From assembly GCA_963807605.1 (NCBI GenBank), contig CAWECG010000003.1, positions 103,243 through 167,242 on the forward strand: a stretch of 64,000 bases of DNA, in the 5' to 3' direction. Origin of the DNA: Candidatus Bathyarchaeota archaeon. Its GTDB lineage: Archaea; Thermoproteota; Bathyarchaeia; 40CM-2-53-6; RBG-13-38-9. Below are positions 26,866 through 35,034 of the stretch, one piece after another. Position 1 is the first letter of the stretch; each line of letters begins with the position of its first letter. The translations under genes were made by a program, and so were the position numbers. The notes beneath the pieces were generated by a model. The model was given only the letters and a program-made list of their open reading frames with translations, was not told where the DNA came from and searched no databases.

Positions 26866-27231
26866 TCAACACGTAATATGAAAGAGGCCTATCACTCCAC
26901 CCTTGGCTTTATTCCATACTTGGATTGCCTCAGGTGTAGGCAACAAGTCTACTTGGCAATTCTTTCGCCGGAAGTAGTCAGCCGTTTCATCTGAAAGTCT
27001 TACCATGTCGCTTTGCCCCGTGCCTATGATTAGGCGTTCCGCCTCCCCTTCGTAGACGTATTTAGCTTCATCGAGAGAAATCGTGTGCGAGGTGCCGTAA
27101 ACCGCCTTGGATAGCTTTTTCTTACGCTTTTTCGTCTTACCATCCAGCCGAATAATGACATCATGCTCGAATACTTGCCCTTCAATGGTGATCGAGCCAA
27201 ATTTTGTTTCATCGATTCGAGGCTTCATCAC
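26866..27231 (-). CDS. Mth938-like (DUF498) domain protein
   Basis: FGSITIEGQVFEHDVII...ERLIIGTGQSD...LPTPEAIQVWN...GGVIGLFHITC matches the Mth938/NDUFAF3-like pattern. Confidence 0.65.
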   Translation of the reverse strand: MMKPRIDETKFGSITIEGQVFEHDVIIRLDGKTKKRKKKLSKAVYGTSHTISLDEAKYVYEGEAERLIIGTGQSDMVRLSDETADYFRRKNCQVDLLPTPEAIQVWNKAKGGVIGLFHITC

Positions 27232-27383
27232 ATTCCCTTCCCTTTACACTCTACGTGCGCCTAGTTATTCATGTCCCCTCGCTGAGCGCGGTAGACACAA
27301 TTACTATAGTCGCTCGCTAGCCAAGAAGGCCGATGATGACTAAATTGCGGTCAACCATGTTGGATCATTTTTGCAGTAGTGTG

Positions 27384-28343
27384 CTATATTGAAAGAAACG
27401 TCCTTACCAAAGTAAAGGCAAGGATGCAACTCAGAAGGGTTGAGATCGTCGCTCCAGATAAGATGACATATACTGTCCGTCTGTTTATCATAGCTATTTG
27501 CTTGGTTAAAGCCGCGCCAATAATGCTGCCCATCAACACATGAGTGATTGACATGGGTATTCCCCATTGTGTGAGAATCCACACTAGCGTCGCGCTCACA
27601 GTCATACTTGTGAACACCCCTTGAGGACTTAAGACAATAAACTTCTCTCCGACCGACTTTGTTATTGTCTGACCGAGTAGAAAAATCCCCAGAATAGTCG
27701 ATGCTGAAATTATCAGTATCACTATCGCTTGATATGACTGGGATACAAGAGGACCGTACAGTCCATTTATGAATCCAACGTTATTCGCGCCTAATGCATA
27801 AGACACTACAAATATTCCCAGCACTACGCTGAGTTGAGTCACTAGATCGGCAATGGAGAGACTAAGTCTTGAAACAGTGACTACCACAAGTCGATATACG
27901 AACATGGTAAGAATGCCCGAGAGTAAAGGAAGCAAGAGCCATGATGCCACAACAACCATCAGATAGTTTACTTGAAGGGCCAGATTCAACCCGATAATCG
28001 CACCTACTGATGCCCCCACAGCCAGTAGAGAAAGGCTAGAGGGAACGTGTATCATCGAGAATGCAAACAGAACCACAATGCTCGTCAAGAGGGTTGCGAG
28101 TACTATCGCCGTATTGATGGTCGAAGATGACGATTCAGAACTCATCAGACCCCCAAACAGAGTATGACTCATCTTCGCACCTTCCATTAAGGCTCCAGCC
28201 ATAACGCCCAGTCCTGCCATTATTCTGCCTCTGCTATATCCCAGGACTCCAGACCCGTAAGAAGCGGTAATGATCATCCCCGAATTATTCCAGCCCATGA
28301 GAAAGCCCAATATTGAACCGATCACAATTAAGATGTAAAACAC
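27384..28343 (-). CDS. pit: PiT-family inorganic phosphate transporter
   Basis: 319-aa polytopic membrane protein with duplicated G-x-N-[DN]-x-[AG] PHO4 motifs (GWNNSG, GANNVGF). Abuts the DUF47 gene with no gap. Confidence 0.8.
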   Translation of the reverse strand: MFYILIVIGSILGFLMGWNNSGMIITASYGSGVLGYSRGRIMAGLGVMAGALMEGAKMSHTLFGGLMSSESSSSTINTAIVLATLLTSIVVLFAFSMIHVPSSLSLLAVGASVGAIIGLNLALQVNYLMVVVASWLLLPLLSGILTMFVYRLVVVTVSRLSLSIADLVTQLSVVLGIFVVSYALGANNVGFINGLYGPLVSQSYQAIVILIISASTILGIFLLGQTITKSVGEKFIVLSPQGVFTSMTVSATLVWILTQWGIPMSITHVLMGSIIGAALTKQIAMINRRTVYVILSGATISTLLSCILAFTLVRTFLSI

Positions 28344-29036
28344 TTATCCATAACCTCGGATAATGAGGATAAATATCAAGTCACCTGCGTCCTTCGCGTT
28401 ATCCGCTATTTGATCTGTAACATTAACAAAATTCCCTAATTGTATTATTCCAAGGGTATCTCTGTTTTCAGATTTGCTGAAAAGGCTAGTCAAAAGGCGC
28501 GATTTGTATGCGTCTGCATCTTCCTCGACCTGCTTTATTTTATGCGTTCTTTCATAAGCTGTTTGTCTGTTTATGTTCAATCCTTTCACAGCAAAGTCCA
28601 AAGCATAGACCGTATCTCTGCACAGACTTAAAAATTTAACAAGATCATTTGTCCTAGTCAGACATTCAACGGTTGTTTTGTCGGGTTGCTCTTGAGTTAA
28701 GGTCGCCATTGCGTCTTTTGCAGTATCTGCGATGTCATCAATCTTGTTAATCAATTGGATCAGTTCACTGAATATGCCTCCGAAATAGGAGCCCTCGCTA
28801 ATCTTTTTGATGATGGATCTTTGTACTTCGTCAGCTTCATTTTCGAGAACATTCAATACTCCGCCTATTCGATCCAGTTCCTGCCAATCCATGCGCTGTA
28901 TTGGCTCGCAAATGCTCACCATCCGGTCTGCCATTTCCCTTACAATTTCTAAATGTCCTTCGATAAGATCGAATACAATATTCCTGCGATTGAGGGATTT
29001 GATCCATCTCATCATGCGCCTCACCAGCCATTTCAA
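28344..29036 (-). CDS. DUF47 / PhoU-like Pit accessory protein
   Basis: 230-aa all-helical protein with paired E/D-x-x-x-D motifs (NEADEVQR, EEDADAYK, DQIADNAKD). Has the classic position upstream of pit. Confidence 0.8.
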   Translation of the reverse strand: MKWLVRRMMRWIKSLNRRNIVFDLIEGHLEIVREMADRMVSICEPIQRMDWQELDRIGGVLNVLENEADEVQRSIIKKISEGSYFGGIFSELIQLINKIDDIADTAKDAMATLTQEQPDKTTVECLTRTNDLVKFLSLCRDTVYALDFAVKGLNINRQTAYERTHKIKQVEEDADAYKSRLLTSLFSKSENRDTLGIIQLGNFVNVTDQIADNAKDAGDLIFILIIRGYG

Positions 29037-29125
29037 TGAACAACAGGGTCGTGTCTGTCACACATACTATAAACGGGCGCACACGTTACTGTCGCTATGG
29101 AGACTACCTTATAGTCCTCTGAGGC

Positions 29126-29935
29126 TTAATCTGGAATAACTATTTCATCAGCTGCCTTCTCTAGTTTGGGATAAGAGGGTTTCATCGCCTCTAGAGTTTC
29201 AACTATGATCTCACCGACAACAGAGTTGCGGTACCAATTATGATTGGCGGGGATAATGTGCCAAGGGGCATAAGAGGTGTGACATTCGGTAAGCATGCCT
29301 TCGAATGCTTTCACATAATCATCCCAGAGCTCACGCTCTTTAACATCGTTTGCGGAGAACTTCCAATTCTTGTGAGGCGTCTGTCGCCGATCTTCTAATC
29401 GAACCTTCTGTTCGTCCTTTGAAATGTGTAAGAATAACTTCAGGATTGTTGTACCATTTTCTACGAGGTCACGCTCGAATTCGTTTATCATTCCATAACG
29501 CTTCCTCCATACTTTCTCAGGTACTAAATTGTGAACTCTTACAACGAGAACATCTTCGTATTGGGATCGATTGAATATGCCAATGAACCCCTTCTGGGGC
29601 ACTTTTTGATGAATTCGCCATAGAAAATCATGAGATAATTCCTCAACTGAGGGCTGTTTGAAACTCGTTACTTGGACGCCTTGTGGGTTCACGCCACGAA
29701 AGATATGGCGGATCGTTCCATCTTTTCCGCCCGTATCGATCGCCTGCAGGATCACTAGAAGCGATTGCTTTCCTTCAGCATAGAGTGTCTCTTGGAGACG
29801 GTCCAATTTTTCTAGATTTTTTGTTAGTCTGGGCTCTATTTCATCTTTTTTCTTATACGATCCTGTATAATTGGGATCATAGTCCTTAAGGGAGACTTTT
29901 TTATTGAAGGGAGGCACTATCGGTTGCTGAGGCAT
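29126..29935 (-). CDS. ppk2: polyphosphate kinase 2 (PPK2) family phosphotransferase
   Basis: Walker-A-like AIDTGGKDGTI, SHDFLWR and FNRSQYEDV, the canonical single-domain PPK2 motifs. Confidence 0.9.
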   Translation of the reverse strand: MPQQPIVPPFNKKVSLKDYDPNYTGSYKKKDEIEPRLTKNLEKLDRLQETLYAEGKQSLLVILQAIDTGGKDGTIRHIFRGVNPQGVQVTSFKQPSVEELSHDFLWRIHQKVPQKGFIGIFNRSQYEDVLVVRVHNLVPEKVWRKRYGMINEFERDLVENGTTILKLFLHISKDEQKVRLEDRRQTPHKNWKFSANDVKERELWDDYVKAFEGMLTECHTSYAPWHIIPANHNWYRNSVVGEIIVETLEAMKPSYPKLEKAADEIVIPD

Positions 29936-30057
29936 AAGAGAATTCCTTCTGTTCTCTTATTTAATTTTATTCTCGACAATTTGAACGACTATTCACACGA
30001 CCGCGTTTCGCCTACGTTGTTGCAGTGAACCTCTTTCTATCTCTATTGTAGATGCTC

Positions 30058-30068
30058 TAGCGCGCGCT
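30058..30068. repeat. alternating-GC palindrome TAGCGCGCGCT
   Basis: Lies about 33 nt past the stop (30102-30104) of the minus-strand repeat-protein gene and upstream of ppk2. Confidence 0.9.
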
Positions 30069-30101
30069 GGAACGATACTGGGATAAGTCCTTGCAAGGAT
30101 T

Positions 30102-30425
30102 CTATTTCTTTTGTTCCCTTGCAGTAGCCAGATGGAGGCAGTATATTCCTAGTGCGAAGCTTCCTATCGAGAACACACCGATCGAGAATATGCCAATTGC
30201 AAAGATACCTATCGAGAAGATGCCTGCGGCGAAGATTCCAACTGAAAAAATGCCTGCGGCAAACACTCCTATCGCGAAGTTTCCAGCTGCAAGGTATCCA
30301 GCCGCGAACTGTCCAGCATCAGCAAGAGGGAGTCCACCTATTGTATAGACACCTGCAAGTCTAAGGACAAGGGCGATTAATAGAAGGACTACAGCCACAA
30401 TTCCAGTAACGCTTTCCCACCTCAT
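30102..30425 (-). CDS. small membrane protein built from tandem 5-residue A/S-x-G-x-F repeats
   Basis: N-terminal TM helix, then GQFAAGYLAAGNFAIGVFAAGIFSVGIFAAGIFSIGIFAIGIFSIGVFSIGSFALGIY. Confidence 0.6.
   Translation of the reverse strand: MRWESVTGIVAVVLLLIALVLRLAGVYTIGGLPLADAGQFAAGYLAAGNFAIGVFAAGIFSVGIFAAGIFSIGIFAIGIFSIGVFSIGSFALGIYCLHLATAREQKK
30148..30327. repeat. ~12 degenerate tandem 15-bp repeats (coding for the pentapeptide repeats)
   Basis: cctatcgagaacaca/ccgatcgagaatatg/ccaattgcaaagata/cctatcgagaagatg/cctgcggcgaagatt/... read directly from the sequence. The periodicity also keeps two antisense frames open. Confidence 0.8.
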
Positions 30426-30532
30426 GTTTCATCGTACCCCAAACTTGAAGGGATCTTTAGGAGTTATATCATTTTGCCATATGAATTCTATTGGCCATAC
30501 TGAGTTCTCTAAGAGATTTCTGATAAGACTCC

Positions 30533-30544
30533 TACGCGCGCGTA
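30533..30544. repeat. perfect 12-bp alternating-GC palindrome TACGCGCGCGTA
   Basis: Lies 17 nt past the stop (30562-30564) of the minus-strand arsC-like gene. Confidence 0.9.
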
Positions 30545-30561
30545 CTAATTGAGCGTGCATT

Positions 30562-30972
30562 TCACATTCGCGAGTTGACATCTTCGAGTAATTTCGTAAC
30601 CTTTCTTTCTATCTCGTCTCTTATCTCCCGGACCTTTTCTATCGGCAGTCCTTTCGGGTCTTCGAGATGCCAGTCCGTCACTTTTTTGAAGAGGGGTGCC
30701 GGACATATTTTCTCAACACTGCATCCCATCGTTATAACCTGGTCAGCTTCTTCCACCATCTTGGGGGTTAGCAGCTTAGGCGCGTTCGAGGATATGTCAA
30801 TTCCCCTCTCTTTCATAACCTCAACCACAATGGGATTCACCTTCTCAGCCAATCTAACGCCGGCGCTCGAAGCGATCACCTTGCCTTTTCCATATTGGTT
30901 TGCGAAAGCCTCAGCCATTTGGCTCCTGCCAGCATTCTCAACACAGACGAATAACATTCGTTTCATGTCCAT
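30562..30972 (-). CDS. arsC: low-molecular-weight phosphatase-family arsenate reductase / protein-tyrosine phosphatase
   Basis: CX5R(S) P-loop in MLFVCVENAGRSQMAEA, and DWHLEDP. I use ATG 30972, since the track start at 31083 overlaps the upstream gene. Confidence 0.75.
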   Translation of the reverse strand: MDMKRMLFVCVENAGRSQMAEAFANQYGKGKVIASSAGVRLAEKVNPIVVEVMKERGIDISSNAPKLLTPKMVEEADQVITMGCSVEKICPAPLFKKVTDWHLEDPKGLPIEKVREIRDEIERKVTKLLEDVNSRM

Positions 30973-31013
30973 GCCATTTCCCTGCGTTCCAAGAATATGA
31001 GTGACGTTTGGTC

Positions 31014-31376
31014 CTACGCTCGTTTCCGCGTATACATACCGGTTAGGCATGTCGCCACAAAGATCAAGACGAAAGGAATCCACGTTCCCAAAAGACTATC
31101 GAACATTCCAAGATTCTTGTTGACTAGTAGAGCTACAACAAAGAGGTCCGAAAGAATCACAAAAGCGACAAATATGATTGCAGTCTGTAGCGGAGCAGTA
31201 TAGCTGTATCTATTGAAGTAAACAAAAGATATTGCCACGGCAATGATTGGTGCAGCAATTGCATGAATTATAATGGCATTCTGTAGAGACGTAATTTCCA
31301 TGCCAATGCCCATAGTCATCCCGCAAAGCGCCCAAATTGCAAATGCAAATAATAGGACAACGACAACCTTCCTCAT
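31014..31376 (-). CDS. hypothetical 4-TM membrane protein
   Basis: 120 aa with four hydrophobic segments. No family recognised. Confidence 0.5.
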   Translation of the reverse strand: MRKVVVVLLFAFAIWALCGMTMGIGMEITSLQNAIIIHAIAAPIIAVAISFVYFNRYSYTAPLQTAIIFVAFVILSDLFVVALLVNKNLGMFDSLLGTWIPFVLIFVATCLTGMYTRKRA

Positions 31377-31556
31377 CGTCTTCTCCCGAAGTTTCAGTAA
31401 TGAAAAAGGCTTATGAATCTTTCCTTGTGCTCAGGGCCTATGTGCCTCACATAGATTCATATAATTACACATACTGTCTTTGTACAAGTTATTTATTGCG
31501 CTTGTGCGTTTTTTCTTACTGTATGTGCGTTCAAATCTTTGGTGTGTGTATGCAAA

Positions 31557-31664
31557 ATGAAAAATATTCAAAAGATAAGAGAAACCTTCAGACTTCACCG
31601 ATCGTCTCTCAGTAAGCTCCTTGAAACTCTCAAAATGCGTGCTCGGTTTGTGGGTAAAGAATGA
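31557..31664 (+). CDS. 35-aa hypothetical ORF, translationally coupled (ATGA) to the next ORF
   Basis: MKNIQKIRETFRLHRSSLSKLLETLKMRARFVGKE. Its stop overlaps the next ATG. Below the track cutoff and weakly supported. Confidence 0.2.
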   Translation: MKNIQKIRETFRLHRSSLSKLLETLKMRARFVGKE

Positions 31665-31804
31665 AGAAAGAGATAAACAAATGCCCTAGGTGTCATACAG
31701 AGCTCGTCAGAAAGGCCTGGATAGCAGATTATACTGCTATTCTTGCAGACACATGTGACCAATGCGGGTATACTGCGAAAATAAGATCCTTAGTGTATAC
31801 TTGA
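31661..31804 (+). CDS. 47-aa zinc-ribbon protein (CPRC...CDQC)
   Basis: MKKEINKCPRCHTELVRKAWIADYTAILADTCDQCGYTAKIRSLVYT. Below the track cutoff. Confidence 0.35.
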   Translation: MKKEINKCPRCHTELVRKAWIADYTAILADTCDQCGYTAKIRSLVYT

Positions 31805-31846
31805 TTCCCTCCTGTATATGTGTCAAACTCAAGGCGGTGTAAAATC

Positions 31847-32125
31847 ATGACCCAAAAGGGGAGTATTCTATCAAAAATCTTTGCCGAAAACGTGTTCTAC
31901 TTTTATGTTGATGTTGGTGTCTACGCAGATAGATATGCGACAAACCTAACAGATTTCTATGATGCTTAGGGAGATGTCGACATCAGATCTACTGAATTCC
32001 ACATGGGAAGAGGCGACTCTTAAAAGTGGATCAACTCTCTCGCAGAGTACGCGTTAGCAAAGGAGATTTTGAGGCTCACAAAAAAGGCATTAGGTGGAGA
32101 AAGCCTAACGTGTGAAACTCCGTGA
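31847..32125 (+). pseudogene. DUF5752-like gene remnant with two in-frame nonsense codons
   Basis: Single frame reads ...FYFYVDVGVYADRYATNLTDFYDA*GDVDIRSTEFHMGRGDS*KWINSLAEYALAKEILRL..., with TAG at 31967 and TAA at 32021. The FH..RGD..W...L....LA pattern recalls DUF5752; the family assignment is from memory. Confidence 0.4.
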
Positions 32126-32485
32126 TACAGTTAACAAGAGACAAGCAATAGATCTTTGCGCTAAATGCAGCGTAACACGTCATCGGCAGATTTCTTCGGC
32201 AAACGTCGACAAAATATTCAGCAACAATATTCTTATTTTGTGCTGCGTCAGGCCAGTGCGCGCATATGAATTACTGTATGCATATAGATGCATCAATACT
32301 ATGTGGCTAGAGCTTATGAAAGTGCCAGTGGCGTTATTATTCCACAATTGGAACTGGCGTCATAGGAGGTAGTTGAGGTTTGAACAGGTTGCTGATATGT
32401 CTTGGAGTCTGTGAGCACATTATCCTAACTGATCAGATTGAAGATGGATTCTGCCCTCGCTGCCAAAGTACCTTAGAGAGCCCTT

Positions 32486-32884
32486 TTGCTAGCCATAAAT
32501 CCAGTCTTCATCCCGCGGATTTGTCAGATGGTGAAGATCACGTCACAGATATCCGAGATGATCTCGCCTAGGCGCTTCAGAGAGATTCTGCTTGAGGCTG
32601 TTGACTATGGCTTGGCCGTCCTTGGCGAGGGTGTCCGTCAAGCCATCTATGGTCATATTGAGCGGAATTATGCCATCAGACGTGAAGAAATTCCTGAGCA
32701 CCTTGAGACCTTTCATGAAGCTCTAAAGGAAATATTCGGCAGGGTAAGCAAGGTTGTTGAGAAGTTCATCGCCAAGCACCTCTATGAAAGGCTCGACCTG
32801 AACTTTTATGCACACCCAGACTGGACACTCCTCGAATATATTCGATGTGCGAGGAAACAAGCCAGAATCCTGACAGAATTATAG
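32486..32884 (+). CDS. hypothetical protein
   Basis: 132-aa ORF with uncertain start (internal Met codons). No motif recognised. Confidence 0.3.
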   Translation: MLAINPVFIPRICQMVKITSQISEMISPRRFREILLEAVDYGLAVLGEGVRQAIYGHIERNYAIRREEIPEHLETFHEALKEIFGRVSKVVEKFIAKHLYERLDLNFYAHPDWTLLEYIRCARKQARILTEL

Positions 32885-33463
32885 ATCGCTGTCAGCAATT
32901 TGATATCAGCTTTGATAAAACACGCAGATGAAAGGTATTTGAAAAAGGCTCGAAGATCAAAGGGAAAAGTATCGGACGCCCAGATGGGGAGGAACAATAT
33001 CTGCCTAGACCATGCCCGGCGCTTGTCTAATCCTTTAGCTAGGTTCTTCGCTTTTTCTTTCTCGCGTACGGCGTGGAGGCATAACCCCCCCCTCATCTGT
33101 TCCGAGTATTTGTGAGATAGAATGCTACTGTACATATGCGTTAGATTCTGAGGATATGCCTAAGCATCTCGTGGAATTGCCAGGTCTTCTTAAGCACTCT
33201 CTATAGAATAGATATTTCATATATTTGCCATGACCAAATTCTAATACCACGGTGTCATGAAATACATCAGAGATTTGACGCCAAGATAATGGACTACTAA
33301 CTTCTGGGTTATGTGCTATTGAAGGTCTCCGATAACGTGATGCCTCTCAGTCTCTCTACAAGAGCGTCATCTGGGGGAAAGGAAAACGTCAACAGTCGCC
33401 GCAATTGATGTCGGCTCAAATGCTACGCGATTAGCGATAGCATCGGTCAACTACAATAACCAG

Positions 33464-34903
33464 TTGAATGTGATTCAGACGTCTCGCGAACCAGTTCGCC
33501 TGGGACAGGATGTTTTTTCTGGCGGCAAGATATCAAACAAGAGATTGGACCAAGCAATCGACGCATTTCTCGGATTTCGCAAGCAGATCGTTAGGAACAA
33601 CGCAATGGTCACTAGAGCCGTGGCAACCAGCGCTTTAAGAGAGGCGACGAACCAAACCTATTTTGTCAATGAGATTGCAAAATCTACAGAAATCGAAATT
33701 GAAGTGATCAGCGCCGAGGAAGAAGCAAGGCTAATCCATCTTGCTGTATCAAGTAAATTGAAACTGAATGGGAAACTAGCGATGCTTCTCGACATAGGCG
33801 GCGGGAGCGTAACAATGAGTTTCTCAAAAGACCGAAGAATCATTGCCTCACGAAGTTTTCCCCTGGGAACAGTTCGGCTCTTGAACATCTTTGAGGAGGA
33901 GAGAGGTAATGAAATCGTTTTGAATCAGTGGGTTGACAGGTACGTTGCGAATGCCTACAAGACATTAAAAAAAGAAGTCAGCGGCCGAGAAATCGAAGTG
34001 TGTATCGGAACCGGAGGAAATCTTGAATCTCTAAGTGAACTGAGTGTAGAAGTCTGCTCGGCAGAAAAAGATGATCGCTTGACTTTTGATGAGTTAGACA
34101 GTATTCAAGATAGACTCAAAGAACTTACATACGAAGAACGAATCGAGAAGCTTGGATTACGACCAGATCGTGCCGATGTCATAATTCCCGCTTCAATCGT
34201 TCTCAAGAGCATCCTTCATCATGTCCGAGCAAAGACGATCCTTGTTCCACACGTGGGACTTAGAGAGGGCGTTCTACTGGGACTGATACCCAAGATAAAT
34301 GGTGAGAAAGAGAGAATACCGCGCGAGCAGGTAATCTCATCCTCAAAGCAACTCGGGAAGAAGTATAATTATGATGAAAAGCATTCTCTAACCGTAGCGC
34401 ACTTTGCGCTTCAGATATTTGATTCTACGAAGAGACTCCATGATCTGAATAATGACGAGAGGGTCATACTCGAAGCCGCCGCAATTCTTCATGATATTGG
34501 TCAATACGTACGAATGACAGATTATCCCAAACATTCATACTACTTGATTAACGCTTCGCCACTTATCGGGCTCAATGTCGTTCATAAATCAATTGTATCT
34601 AACATCGTTCGGTATCACGTCGACTTGCATCCGACCACGAAACACAAATCATTTCAAAACCTCCCACCTAAGTACCGTCTTGTCGTCTCGAAGCTAGCGG
34701 CGATATTACGGGTAGCTGACGCATTGGATGAGGAACATACAGGTCACGTCAAGAAGCTGCACATTGATTACAGAAAGTCTGACCTTTTGATTCGGCTCGA
34801 AGGCAAGGGCGATCTATTACTAGAGAAATGGGCCGTGAGACGGAAGTCTAACTTATTTGAGAACGTTTTCGATACACGTGTACTGGTACTCGATGGGAAC
34901 TAG
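33464..34903 (+). CDS. ppx: exopolyphosphatase Ppx/GppA (ASKHA domains + C-terminal HD domain); annotated start misses the conserved N-terminal phosphate-1 motif
   Basis: LDIGGGSV, IGTGGN and the HD motif AAAILHDIGQY. In-frame upstream sequence (33395-33463) encodes VAAIDVGSNATRLAIAS, but there is no ATG/GTG/TTG in that frame back to the stop at 33338. Confidence 0.85.
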   Translation: MNVIQTSREPVRLGQDVFSGGKISNKRLDQAIDAFLGFRKQIVRNNAMVTRAVATSALREATNQTYFVNEIAKSTEIEIEVISAEEEARLIHLAVSSKLKLNGKLAMLLDIGGGSVTMSFSKDRRIIASRSFPLGTVRLLNIFEEERGNEIVLNQWVDRYVANAYKTLKKEVSGREIEVCIGTGGNLESLSELSVEVCSAEKDDRLTFDELDSIQDRLKELTYEERIEKLGLRPDRADVIIPASIVLKSILHHVRAKTILVPHVGLREGVLLGLIPKINGEKERIPREQVISSSKQLGKKYNYDEKHSLTVAHFALQIFDSTKRLHDLNNDERVILEAAAILHDIGQYVRMTDYPKHSYYLINASPLIGLNVVHKSIVSNIVRYHVDLHPTTKHKSFQNLPPKYRLVVSKLAAILRVADALDEEHTGHVKKLHIDYRKSDLLIRLEGKGDLLLEKWAVRRKSNLFENVFDTRVLVLDGN

Positions 34904-35034
34904 ATTCATATTAGAACATACTGAAAGTTCAACGTACGTATGTTCGAAACATGCGGCGGCCTAAAGCGAGGAAATAACTGTTCTTGCCTTCCTGATCTAA
35001 GGCCTCGGAGAAAATTCACATTCGATGTTCGACA

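Noticed and set aside
30091-30364. Plus-strand ORFs 30091..30348 and 30152..30364, antisense to the pentapeptide-repeat gene.
   Set aside because: They are kept open by the 15-bp periodicity. They encode low-complexity PIE/KMPAA-type strings with no start context. The minus-strand product has a coherent TM helix plus repeat architecture.
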